Positions 17,422 to 26,637 of a stretch of DNA of 32,000 nucleotides are shown here, piece by piece. Source of the DNA: Coprobacillaceae bacterium (lineage in GTDB: Bacteria > Bacillota_I > Bacilli_A > Erysipelotrichales > Coprobacillaceae); the NCBI GenBank assembly GCA_963675915.1, contig OY780959.1:990001-1022000 (forward strand). The letters run 5' to 3'. Numbering within the stretch: the first letter of the stretch is position 1; every line of letters starts with the position of its first letter. Position numbers and translations under genes: made by a program. The notes beneath the pieces were generated by a model. The model ran no database searches. It had not been told where the DNA came from and saw only the letters and a list, made by a program, of their open reading frames with translations.

Positions 17422-18315
17422 TTAATTTGCATGTCGGGCAATACTTGGCGGGAGGCCACCATTAAATGAATGAGGCCGCTTATGATTATATTTAACATAG
17501 CTAAATTCAATGATTCCTTGGTACTGCTCCTGGAATGTTTTAAAGGTAAATATCTTGAGATATTCATTTTTTAAAGTGTTGAAATATCGTTCCATTGGTG
17601 CATTGTCATATGGACATCCTGCTCGACTCATACTTTGTTGAACATGGTTTTCTTCACAATAATCATTAAATTCTTTTGCTGAAAATTGCACACCTTGATC
17701 TGAATGCAGGATAATCCCTTTACCAGGTTTATGTCTGGTGAGGGCTATTTTCAATGTATCGACAGCTAACTTTGCAGTAATATTGCTACCACTCAATGTC
17801 GCAATTACTGAGCGATCATAAAGATCGATGATAGTACAATTGTAGTGGAAACTACCGTCTCTTTGTCGCAAGTAAGTAAAGTCAGTGCACCAAATCTTGT
17901 TTGGCTTATCTGTGATAAAATCCTGGTTCAGCAGGTTTGGAAATATCTTATTTGCCGGCCCCTTTTTGTAATCAGGCTTTCTTTTGCGAACTATTGATTT
18001 TAAACCTAGTTCTCGCATATATTTATAGATTGTTGCATTGCAATAGTAAATCTTCTTTTGCTTCAAGTAATCATTGATCATACGATAACCGGCGACACCG
18101 TTTTCCTCGTGATAGATTTCCACTATTTTTCGTTGAATAATGCATTTTTCCTCGCGAGCGTCTTTTTGTCGGTCTTTCAAATAATTATAGTAAGAGTTAG
18201 GGTAAAGTTTGAATTTTCTCAACAACCAACGGACTCCAAACTCTTGGTGATATGTTTCAATGAAACGGTATTTTTCTAATCGATTTCCTTTGCAAAGAAT
18301 GCTGCTGCCTTTTTT
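17422..18315 (-). CDS. IS3 OrfB DDE transposase, expressed as an OrfAB fusion by -1 frameshift
   Basis: The -1 frame is open from the slippery site: KKGSSILCKGNRLEKYRFIETYHQEFGVRWLLRKF... DDE motifs are present: WCTDFTY, HSDQGVQF, PYDNAPMERYFNTLK. Confidence 0.85.
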   Translation of the reverse strand, partial: KKGSSILCKGNRLEKYRFIETYHQEFGVRWLLRKFKLYPNSYYNYLKDRQKDAREEKCIIQRKIVEIYHEENGVAGYRMINDYLKQKKIYYCNATIYKYMRELGLKSIVRKRKPDYKKGPANKIFPNLLNQDFITDKPNKIWCTDFTYLRQRDGSFHYNCTIIDLYDRSVIATLSGSNITAKLAVDTLKIALTRHKPGKGIILHSDQGVQFSAKEFNDYCEENHVQQSMSRAGCPYDNAPMERYFNTLKNEYLKIFTFKTFQEQYQGIIEFSYVKYNHKRPHSFNGGLPPSIARHAN

Positions 18316-18566
18316 AAGAATTCATTTTCCTTTTTGGCTTCAGCCAATTCTTTACGGAGGCGTTTAACTTCTTCGTAAGCATCATTTTCTTCTTGAATCG
18401 TTGGATTAGATAGGCATTCTTTGCGGCGTTGTTGCAGCCAGTAAGTAAGGGTACCCTTACCCAGGTTGTATTCTTTGGTTAAACTCTTTTTTGTTCGACC
18501 TTCCTCTAGATGAAGGCGGATAATCTTTTCTTTGAACTCAGGTTCATATTTTTGATTTTTCGACAT
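18276..18566 (-). CDS. IS3 OrfA (HTH / leucine-zipper protein)
   Basis: MSKNQKYEPEFKEKIIRLHLEEGRTKKSLTKEYNLGKGTLTYW... The start is the second ATG, after AAGGAG. Confidence 0.85.
   Translation of the reverse strand: MSKNQKYEPEFKEKIIRLHLEEGRTKKSLTKEYNLGKGTLTYWLQQRRKECLSNPTIQEENDAYEEVKRLRKELAEAKKENEFLKKAAAFFAKEID
18309..18315 (-). other. Programmed -1 ribosomal frameshift heptamer A AAA AAG
   Basis: In the orfA frame the sequence reads TT A AAA AAG GCA, the canonical IS3 slippery site, 13 codons before the orfA stop. Confidence 0.75.
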
Positions 18567-18642
18567 CGGTAACATCTCCTTGTAGTGATTTCATTTTATC
18601 AACTATACCTTGATGTTACAACTTTATTATATCGGCTCAAGT

Positions 18643-19672
18643 CAATTATAGGTGATAAATAAATTTTTCCTGCTGAAATATGAAACTCTGTTATATCGGT
18701 TAACCATTTTTCATTCGGTTTTCCCGCGTGAAAATCTCTTTTTATGACATTTTCAACCGCGGGACTTATTTCTCCTTTGTAGGAACTATATTTTCTTTTT
18801 TTTACTCGATGTACAATTAGAAGCTCTTCATTCATTATTCTACGGACAACTTTTTCAGATATACAATAACCTTCATTTTTGAGAACGGCATAAATCCTGC
18901 GATATCCATAACTATCACCAGATTCATGAAAGATTCTAATAACATTCTTTCTAATGTCACGGTACTTATCTCCCATTTTAACCGCTCTTTCATTGTAAAA
19001 ATAGCTACTCCTAGGCATTTTTAGATATTTAAGTAACAAGTTTATCCCGTATTTCGTTTTTAGAGCATCAATCAAGGTGGTTTTTTCTCTATTAGTCAAA
19101 CAGTTTTGATTAATGCTCATTTCTTTTTTTAATAGTTCAGTCGCCTTTTCTAAAATATCGCGTTCTAACTCCAACCGGAATACTTCCTTCTTTAGCTCTT
19201 CAATTTTTTGCTTCAGTTCAGTTTTTTCTTCATCATGTTGTTCTAGAGAATTATTCACTTTCCTTTTGACACTATCATTTTGTTTTAGCATAGATAATTT
19301 TTTCTCCTTACTAAGCAATTGATTCTTCCAGTCATAAAGAGTTGATCTTGGAACTCCATGTTCAGTTGCAATAATTTCGGCTGAACTCTCGCGTTGGCAA
19401 AGATCATAAACAGCCTGTTTCTTTTTACTATATGGATATCTTACTACGTATTTGCCAGTATCACAACACTTTGTTGAAACCGGGGAAACTTCGTCAATCC
19501 AAGATCTCAAAGTGACTTTTGTCGGATAACCCAATTTTCTAATTGTATTGGCAAGAGACTTGCCATGTTCAAAGTAATGATCTACAGCAATCTTTTTTTG
19601 TTCGTCCGAATAATTTGATTTTTTGGTATGTTTATGAGGTAATCCTCCCAGTTCCAAAAATTCTTTGTACCA
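18643..19672 (-). pseudogene. Split IS3-family transposase, fragment 2 (second HTH, leucine zipper, start of the DDE domain)
   Basis: It continues WYKEFLELGGLPHKHTKKSNYSDEQKKIAVDHYFEHGKS...GKIYLSPIID. The tail SRYNKVVTSRYS* in the ORF track is read from the inserted IS3 end. Confidence 0.75.
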
Positions 19673-19793
19673 CTTGTTGAATATTCCGGGATGACGGAGC
19701 CACCCTGTCCACTAATATTGAGCCACCCTTGACCGCTCGATAGAGCCGGGGTGTCCATTAGAGAGAGCCAGTCAATTGACTGGCTCTCAGGTA

Positions 19794-20531
19794 TTATTTT
19801 ATTTTCGAATATACTTCTCTCATCGATGATCCTTGAAGCAAAATACTGTACGAACTGTTTATGATTCTATCAAGAATTGCATCTGCAACTGGACCTTCGC
19901 CTAATCGTTGGTACCAGCCTTCTGGTGACCATTGACTGCACAGTATGGTCGAGTGTTTGGTACATCTTGATTCCATTAATTCCAGGATATCGTTCCGTTC
20001 ACTTTCATTCACTGCCGTCAAAAGAAATTCATCCAGTATTAGTAAATCAAATCGGCTCAACTGTTTTAACAGCTTGCGATATGTTCCCTGAATCCGGGCC
20101 AACTCGAAATCTGATAGGAGTTCTGGAAGTCTAATGTATCTAACCCTCTTTTTGGCTCTACAGGCATTGACACCAAACGCATTGGATAACCAAGTTTTAC
20201 CACAGCCTGAAGCTCCAATAATGATGATATTCAGTCCGTCATCAAGGTAATGATTTGTCGAAAGTTCTTTGATAAGGTCCTTGTCAATTTTTCTCTCTGA
20301 TCTATAATTGATTGCCTCCAGACAAGCATTGGAATCATAAAACCTCGCATTGCTTATATTTCGGTCAATTGTATGATTAATTCTTGAATCGTATTCCCGA
20401 TCAACCAACAGTGTCAATCGTTCATCAAATGACATATCTAAATATTCGGGATTGCCTTTTTGGTTTTGATATTCATCAGCGAAAACAGGCAATCTCATTT
20501 GTTTAAGTTTATCAATGGTTTGTTCACTCAT
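19794..20531 (-). CDS. istB: IS21 IstB AAA+ helper ATPase
   Basis: 245 aa with Walker A GASGCGKTW and Walker B LLILDEF. It overlaps the istA stop (ATGA). Confidence 0.9.
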   Translation of the reverse strand: MSEQTIDKLKQMRLPVFADEYQNQKGNPEYLDMSFDERLTLLVDREYDSRINHTIDRNISNARFYDSNACLEAINYRSERKIDKDLIKELSTNHYLDDGLNIIIIGASGCGKTWLSNAFGVNACRAKKRVRYIRLPELLSDFELARIQGTYRKLLKQLSRFDLLILDEFLLTAVNESERNDILELMESRCTKHSTILCSQWSPEGWYQRLGEGPVADAILDRIINSSYSILLQGSSMREVYSKIK

Positions 20532-22072
20532 TTTAATTTTCCTCCGTAATATTCTTTACCACGTACGAAAGCATGGCTGCTATCGTCTTCTTTAGGCTTT
20601 TCTTCAGCTTTATTTCTGATTAAATCTTGACCAGATTCCAAAATCAATTTAATATTTTTATAGCTGGGTTGTGAAATGTGGTCGAGGGCTAAACGACAGG
20701 CATTCTCCAATCTGGTTGAAGTGTATTTGTCGGAGAGCTTTAGTAGTGCAAGGCAACCCTTGTATGCTTGCTCTTCGGCTTTATATTTATGAAGTAGTTT
20801 ATGAACAACCTCATGCGTTGCATCACCGACTGATGCCGCCCATTTTTCAAACCTTTCACCATTCCACTGGTATAGTTTGTGGTTTTCAGGCATATGGTCA
20901 ATATTGGTGGAATATTGGTTGTTTTTACCGTGGAGCCTCTTATGACTACATATCCTTGTTCCTTTGTAGAATATTTCGATGATATTTGCAGTCGATCTTA
21001 CATCAACTCTTTTCCCGACATATTCATAGGGAACGGAGTAGTACATATGATCAATACTGACATGATAATTCAATTGGACCACTGGACGTTTCCATTCACT
21101 TAATTCAAACGGTTCCAAGGGTAAGGCAAGCATATAGTCACGTTCTTCGGCCAGATAAACGCTTTTACGGCTTCCTTCTCGTTTTTGAAACTGGTTGTCA
21201 TTATATTCTTCTAATCGTTCTAAGATCGCTTTGTTCAGATCTTTAATCGAGAAGAATTTTCGGTTGCGTAATCTACCGACAATAAAATTGGTAATTGTAC
21301 CCACGCTACCTTCAACAGCGGCTTTGTCCTTTGGAGCCCGAACCCGAGCAGGAAGTATTGAAGTGTCGTAATGGTCAGCCATTTCCTGATAAACTCTATT
21401 GATTGTAGGATCCTGATACTTGCGATTATTGATTACTCCGGTTTTTAAATTGTCAGGAACAAGAAGTCTGGTAACACCACCGAAATAGTTGTACATATTG
21501 ACATGCCATTTTATCCATTCAGCTTGTTTCATGTTTGGGCAGGCTTGAACATAAGTGTACATGCTAAATGGCAGGGTCGCCACAAATAGATATGCTTTGC
21601 TTTGTTCACCGGTTAAACGATCGTAAACATTCATTGTAACACCATCCCAATCGACCATAACCTTGTCACCAGGTTTATGATGAATATGCATCGTAAGGTT
21701 GTTCTTTTTTACGTATTCCTGATACATTTCTGAAAACCTTGAGCGATGGTAGAACGGTTTCGAAGAATCTTTACATTGGTCAACATATTCTTGCCATAGA
21801 CCCCTGATTGAAGTCCCAGGCTTAAGCAATTCCTTATGGACGTAATCGAAATCCGGCAAAACCTGAACAGGGATGTACTCTTCATCCGGAAATAGAAGTT
21901 TATTGATTTGAGCAACATCCATTCTCTGGAACTGAACCCAAGTCAATTCACTTTTGACGGCAGCTTTAAAAACCTTGCTGACGGTATTTCTTGATACATG
22001 CAGCGACGATGCAATGGATCGCTGACTGTCTCCTTTAAAACGTTTCTCAAGAATTTTCTTGATTTCTTGCAT
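20528..22072 (-). CDS. istA: IS21 IstA transposase
   Basis: The start is ATG 22072 after TAAGGAGGTG. MQEIKKILEKRFKGDSQRSIASSLHVSRNTVSKV...VMVDWDG...LVPDNLKTGV... gives 515 aa. The ORF-track N-terminal extension is read from the IS end. Confidence 0.9.
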   Translation of the reverse strand: MQEIKKILEKRFKGDSQRSIASSLHVSRNTVSKVFKAAVKSELTWVQFQRMDVAQINKLLFPDEEYIPVQVLPDFDYVHKELLKPGTSIRGLWQEYVDQCKDSSKPFYHRSRFSEMYQEYVKKNNLTMHIHHKPGDKVMVDWDGVTMNVYDRLTGEQSKAYLFVATLPFSMYTYVQACPNMKQAEWIKWHVNMYNYFGGVTRLLVPDNLKTGVINNRKYQDPTINRVYQEMADHYDTSILPARVRAPKDKAAVEGSVGTITNFIVGRLRNRKFFSIKDLNKAILERLEEYNDNQFQKREGSRKSVYLAEERDYMLALPLEPFELSEWKRPVVQLNYHVSIDHMYYSVPYEYVGKRVDVRSTANIIEIFYKGTRICSHKRLHGKNNQYSTNIDHMPENHKLYQWNGERFEKWAASVGDATHEVVHKLLHKYKAEEQAYKGCLALLKLSDKYTSTRLENACRLALDHISQPSYKNIKLILESGQDLIRNKAEEKPKEDDSSHAFVRGKEYYGGKLK

Positions 22073-22245
22073 ATAAAAACACCTCCTTAGAAATTGCAAG
22101 GTAGAACTATGTCTACACTTCAATTTTACTCCTAAAAGAAGTGGCTCTGTGAGTGGCAATTATTAAATTGTATAAGTGGCTCTAGGCAATGGACACAGTG
22201 GCTCTCTACTCCGGACATAGTGGCTCCGATTTGTCGGAATACTCA

Positions 22246-22359
22246 CTTGTATAATATTCTCCTTGAGGGATATCCTAATTCTTTTATAACTGGGTTAACC
22301 TGAAGATCATATTTGATATAAAGGTCAATTGCAATTTTACGTTGTTCATATGAATACAT
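22246..22359 (-). pseudogene. Split IS3-family transposase, fragment 1 (N-terminal HTH)
   Basis: MYSYEQRKIAIDLYIKYDLQVNPVIKELGYPSRRILYK, interrupted by the IS21 right end at 22245. Confidence 0.75.
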
Positions 22360-22759
22360 ATCAAAATCCTTTCAAGAAAGTCTAAGATTTTGTCCGCATC
22401 CCCAAAATTCATTGACATTCACAATCATGTACTTCAAGCATCTATTTACAGTAATAGAACTAATATATTTAAACCAGATCTAATCTTGTAATCTGGAAAA
22501 TTATCACCATATCTATATTTACTCAGATATGGTCAAAGTCGGAATAATCTTTTTTACTGTCATAAAATTCATTTTATCATATAATAGACCCAGTTTCCAT
22601 CCTTTAGTTACTTATGAGACAGTTCTTTGTATGCGTCAATTGACCGTATGCGTCAAATAGAGCGGTGGGAGAATATTTAATGGTATGCAAAAAGGAATCC
22701 GGGGGACAGTTTGAACCGACCCCGATTATTTGGACACCAAATAAAGGAGGTCGGTTTTT

Positions 22760-23266
22760 TTGAAATTAACTTTTGAAGATAAGGTTAGATTATATTTCGA
22801 TAGGAAGAACGGTTATACAATAAAGGCACTATCATCTAAGTACAACATAACAAAACACAATGTTAAGTATTTGATAAGACTCGTTGATAAACATGGATTT
22901 GAAGTCCTAAGGAAAAATAGTAATAATTATTACAGCGTCGCTTTTAAGGAAAATGCTATAAACAGGGTATTGTTGGCAAAGGAGTCATCATTGAGTGTTT
23001 CCATTGATCTCGGATTAAGGCATGGAGGTATTTTGAATAGTTGGATTCAAAAATATAAAGAAAATGGTTATAATGTTGTAGAGAGAAAGCGAGGGCGACC
23101 TTCTATGACAAAGAAACCTATTAAACCAAATAAACTCGAAACCGAAAAAGAAGAACTTGAGAGACTACGCAAAGAAGTAGAATATTTGAAAGCAGAGCTC
23201 GAATACTCAAAAAAATTAGAAGCCGTTGTTCTACAAAGAAAGAATCGACAACAGAAGAAAAAGTAG
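22760..23266 (+). CDS. IS3/IS150-type OrfA
   Basis: A TTG start follows AAGGAGG. It has two HTH modules and the coiled coil LERLRKEVEYLKAELEYSKKLEA. The slippery-like G AAA AAG lies at 23257-23263, just before the stop. Confidence 0.8.
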   Translation: MKLTFEDKVRLYFDRKNGYTIKALSSKYNITKHNVKYLIRLVDKHGFEVLRKNSNNYYSVAFKENAINRVLLAKESSLSVSIDLGLRHGGILNSWIQKYKENGYNVVERKRGRPSMTKKPIKPNKLETEKEELERLRKEVEYLKAELEYSKKLEAVVLQRKNRQQKKK

Positions 23267-23470
23267 CTGTTGTTCACGAGCTCCGGCAAAAATATCCATT
23301 AAAGATTCTTTTGAATATATCCGGTCTTAAACGTTCAACCTTTTATTATTCGGTTAAGAAATTGGATAAGGATTTTAAAAATGATGCCGTAATGAACGAA
23401 ATTATCGACATATTCTATCAAAACAATGAAAACTATGGTTATCGTAGGATAACTTTGGAATTGGGTAATA
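23257..23470 (+). pseudogene. IS3/IS150-type OrfB, N-terminal fragment
   Basis: The -1 frame reads VAVVHELRQKYPLKILLNISGLKRSTFYY...NYGYRRITLELGN and is cut at 23470 by the transposon end. Confidence 0.75.
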
Positions 23471-23678
23471 TGTAGCTAGCCATTTTATTTGATGCCATCT
23501 AACCATAATCTAGTCATAATAAATAAAGGTCAATTCCAAATAATTTGATGAATTTTTCTTCAAATTGCTTGAGATTGACCTTTTGCTTTGTTATTTTATT
23601 GGTAATAAATCTAGAGAAAGAAAAAATGAGAGACGCCACCACCAAGCAGTTTCTCTCATTTGCCATATAGACAAGAAT

Positions 23679-24233
23679 ATGATAACGTATCACGGAGTAA
23701 AAATCAATAATAAATTGATGAAGATTGATTCGCGGGCCAAACTCCAGGCCTATTATAATGAATTGGTTTCCAATATCAATCGTTTTTCCTTGAGTTGCGC
23801 TGGTGACTGCCAGGGCAATTTCATAATTCATGGTTATTATAACCGAAGGGTGAAACTGCCTTTTGGCTTTTTTAATTTGAGAATAATGCGGCTAAGATGT
23901 AAGGATTGTGGCAGAACCCACGCAATTCTTCTTTCATGTTTGGTTCCATATTCAAGTATCCCGTTGGCTGTTCAAGTTGAGATTTCCATACATAAAAATA
24001 ATCAGAAACTATTAAAAGCCATTCTTGATCGAAATCCCTATATGTCTGAGTGTGAAATTTATAATGTTGTGAGCAGGTATATCAATGTTTGGCAGCAACG
24101 TTTGATGTCGTTGAGAATTGAATCAAATGATATTAACCAACTTGTTGAAAGTTGTTTTTCAAATTATTTGATGCAGTTCATGCAATGTAGAAATACCATA
24201 AATATCCTGTATACCATCAACCACATAGGATGA
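23679..24233 (+). CDS. Zinc-ribbon protein of unknown function (resembles the DUF6431-type proteins found next to Mu-like transposases)
   Basis: There are two Cys pairs (CAGDC and CKDC-GRTH) in ...IIHGYYNRRVKL...RIMRLRCKDCGRTHAILLSCLVPYSSIP. I prefer the start at ATG 23679. The RBS is weak and the family assignment is from memory only. Confidence 0.55.
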   Translation: MITYHGVKINNKLMKIDSRAKLQAYYNELVSNINRFSLSCAGDCQGNFIIHGYYNRRVKLPFGFFNLRIMRLRCKDCGRTHAILLSCLVPYSSIPLAVQVEISIHKNNQKLLKAILDRNPYMSECEIYNVVSRYINVWQQRLMSLRIESNDINQLVESCFSNYLMQFMQCRNTINILYTINHIG

Positions 24234-24281
24234 GTTAAATAATCGATTCTATTAGTATATAGTGGGTGACGGAGGTATTAT

Positions 24282-25529
24282 ATGGATAAAAAAGAACAAG
24301 AATACGTAGCGTTGATGCGCCATCGGATCATTCATGACATCATTACCGGAAATTACGATGCTGCATGGTCTAAGAATCAGGCGATTACGGAAGCTACCAA
24401 GAAAGTCTATAAGAGTTTCGACAACCGTGATTTCACTGTCTCAAGCAGTACCATCTCCAGGTGGATTGCTGCTTACGAAGAGAAAGGCTTCGATGGATTG
24501 ATTCCTCAAAAGCGAAGTGATTGTGGCAAGTCAAGAAGACTGGATGATGACATCGTTGAAACAATCAAATATTATAAGACAACCTATCCTAGATTGCCGG
24601 CAACTGTAATTTACGGCAAGTTGATTGAAAAGGGAATCATCAAGAAAACTGATGTTTCGCTATCAACCGTTAATCGATGTGTCAATCAGATAAAGTCGGA
24701 ATTGCGTCTATCAAACAAGAAAGACATGCGCCGCTACGAAGTGCCCCATATCAATATGAACTGGGCTGGTGACAGTTCGGTCGGTCCTTACATAACCATT
24801 AATGGCAAGAAAAACCGAACTTATATGATTGCCCTGATTGATGATGCTTCAAGGATGATCGTCCATCTTGATTTGTATTTGAATGACAACACAGTCAATT
24901 TGATGGATACTATGAAAAGTGCGGTCACCAAATACGGAATTCCTGAGATGTTCAGGTTTGACAACGGCTCCAATTATCGAAATCACCAGATCAAGATGAT
25001 TGCAGCAAGGATTAATTCAACCATCAGCTACTGCAAACCGTACTCGCCGGAAGGAAAATCAAAAATTGAGCGGGTGTTTCGGACGATTAAAGATCAGTTC
25101 TTCGCCCAAATAAACATAAAAGATTACACAAACAATCTAGAAGGTTTGAAGCAGGATTTAAGCCAGTTCATCAATGATTACAACAACAAGGTGCATTCGT
25201 CTTTGAATGGATTGACACCTCATCAACGTTTTTTTCAGGAAAGCAATCTGATCAAAAGGCTTGATGATGACTTTATCGACAATACTTTCCTGTTCGAAGT
25301 AGAGCGGTCTGTCAGTACTGATTCGGTAATCAAAATAGATAATCGGGAATACGAGATTGATTATATCTATTCTGGTGAAAGGCATATGTTCCGATATACT
25401 CCGGACTTGGAAAACGTCTATATAGTTAACAAGAATACCGGCGAACTGGAACGGATTCACCTACTTGATAAAAACGCTAATTCAAAAGTAAAACGAGTGC
25501 AGCCAAAATTATGCGGAGGAGAAGATTAA
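24282..25529 (+). CDS. Mu/TniA/Tn552 p480-type DDE transposase (HTH, rve core, Mu-type C-terminal barrel)
   Basis: 415 aa. The DDE residues lie in WAGDSSV, FRFDNGSNY and GKSKIERVF. The C-terminal segment reads VHSSLNGLTPHQRF...RSVSTDSVIKIDNREYEIDY. A GGAGG RBS precedes the start. Confidence 0.85.
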   Translation: MDKKEQEYVALMRHRIIHDIITGNYDAAWSKNQAITEATKKVYKSFDNRDFTVSSSTISRWIAAYEEKGFDGLIPQKRSDCGKSRRLDDDIVETIKYYKTTYPRLPATVIYGKLIEKGIIKKTDVSLSTVNRCVNQIKSELRLSNKKDMRRYEVPHINMNWAGDSSVGPYITINGKKNRTYMIALIDDASRMIVHLDLYLNDNTVNLMDTMKSAVTKYGIPEMFRFDNGSNYRNHQIKMIAARINSTISYCKPYSPEGKSKIERVFRTIKDQFFAQINIKDYTNNLEGLKQDLSQFINDYNNKVHSSLNGLTPHQRFFQESNLIKRLDDDFIDNTFLFEVERSVSTDSVIKIDNREYEIDYIYSGERHMFRYTPDLENVYIVNKNTGELERIHLLDKNANSKVKRVQPKLCGGED

Positions 25530-26332
25530 TGGAAAAATATTGGACCAGATACGGATTGGAATTCAATCCGTTTATCAAGAACTCAAAGAATTTATTTATT
25601 GAAACAAGTGAATACCAGGAATTGAAAGTACGCCTTAACAGCCTTTTTGAAATCAAAGGTTTCGGACTAATAGTCGGTGAACCTGGACATGGCAAAACAA
25701 CCATGATCAGGAACTATATCAAAACACTCCCCAAATCAGCTTACAAGATAATTTATTTGTCAATGTCGACCCTTACAGTCAAGGAATTCTATATGCAACT
25801 GGCTGAGTCGCTGGATTTGACTCCTCGGTATCGAAAGAATGATCTGTTCAGGGAGATCCAATCAGCCATAAACCAGTTGATTTACGAAAAAAGGATTACC
25901 CCGGTGTTTATCTTTGATGAATGTAATTACATGAATAACGCCATTCTTAATGATTTGAAGATGATCTTCAATTTTGATATGGATTCCAAGGATCATGCGG
26001 TAGTCTTGATGGTCGGATTGCCGACAATAACCAGGAACCTTAAATTGACCGCTCATGAACCACTGCGTCAGCGAATGATTATCAATTACAAACTGGAGCC
26101 GTTAAACAAAACTGAAAGTCTTGCTTATATCAAAGACAAGCTCCAAGGCGGAAAAACAATTCAAGAAGTGTTCAACGACAATGCCATTGAAGCAATCATC
26201 AATGCATCCAACGGCACCTGTCGGGTTATTGATCGGATATGCGACCGGGCAATGTTTATCGGAGCAATCAGAAAAATCGAAGTAATTGATTCCGATTTAA
26301 TCCTAGAAACAATCGAAGAGGTAGTAATTTGA
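25529..26332 (+). CDS. TniB/MuB/ExeA-like AAA+ transposition ATPase
   Basis: The ATG overlaps the transposase stop (TAATG) and follows GGAGGAG. Walker A is GEPGHGKTT and Walker B is VFIFDECN. Confidence 0.85.
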   Translation: MEKYWTRYGLEFNPFIKNSKNLFIETSEYQELKVRLNSLFEIKGFGLIVGEPGHGKTTMIRNYIKTLPKSAYKIIYLSMSTLTVKEFYMQLAESLDLTPRYRKNDLFREIQSAINQLIYEKRITPVFIFDECNYMNNAILNDLKMIFNFDMDSKDHAVVLMVGLPTITRNLKLTAHEPLRQRMIINYKLEPLNKTESLAYIKDKLQGGKTIQEVFNDNAIEAIINASNGTCRVIDRICDRAMFIGAIRKIEVIDSDLILETIEEVVI

Positions 26333-26637
26333 TAATCGAATACTTCTGCAACTATGATGAAAAAACATGGGCCAACGAGATAGTAATAGTCTCGCAAAAC
26401 CCAGATAAGTGTGAATTCCAGCTAAGATATGACGGAAATGAAATCGAAGTGATAGTAGGTAAATCAGCCAAAGGGAACTGGATTTGCATCCCGTTGATGA
26501 AGCTGGGACTTGAACTATCATATTTCAAAGACAAATTTTGGAACAAGTCAGCTCTATTGCGCGAGATAGATCCAATCAGCAGCGAAGCCATATCACAAGC
26601 CATCTACAAATTAAACGAGTCAGGGATAATCGTCTAA
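26329..26637 (+). CDS. Small hypothetical protein (102 aa), translationally coupled to the ATPase gene
   Basis: The TTG start overlaps the ATPase TGA and follows GAAGAGGT. I recognise no motif. Confidence 0.5.
   Translation: MIIEYFCNYDEKTWANEIVIVSQNPDKCEFQLRYDGNEIEVIVGKSAKGNWICIPLMKLGLELSYFKDKFWNKSALLREIDPISSEAISQAIYKLNESGIIV

Larger units (their letters stand above)
17381..18639 (-). mobile_element. Intact IS3-family insertion sequence (1259 bp) with a 3-bp target duplication
   Basis: The ends are TG...CA (TGAGCCGATAT... and ...CTAGAACA in element orientation). The imperfect inverted repeats share TAAARTTGTAACAYCAAGGTATA. The direct repeat AGT lies at 17378-17380 and 18640-18642. Excision restores the host codons PIID-CFDG. 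Confidence 0.85.
19678..22245 (-). mobile_element. Intact IS21-family insertion sequence (2568 bp) with a 5-bp target duplication
   Basis: The ends are TGAATATTCCGGGATGACGGAGCCAC and, in rc, TGAGTATTCCGACAAATCGGAGCCAC. Both ends carry reiterated GAGCCAC-N3-TGTCC boxes. The direct repeat CTTGT lies at 19673-19677 and 22246-22250. Confidence 0.9.
16938..22403 (-). mobile_element. IS3-family element with a single long transposase ORF, about 1.69 kb originally, now split by two IS insertions
   Basis: The terminal inverted repeats are GGGGATGCGGACGTTTTCTTGGAC (16938-) and GGGGATGCGGACAAAATCTTAGAC (rc ending at 22403). The three transposase fragments rejoin in frame to exactly 521 codons. No flanking TSD is visible, so the ends are uncertain by about 5 nt. 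Confidence 0.75.

Noticed and set aside
23514-23831. A 105-aa minus-strand ORF inside the transposon left end.
   Set aside because: It overlaps the co-directional Zn-ribbon gene and the terminal repeat region, has no RBS, and its sequence is AT-driven and low complexity.
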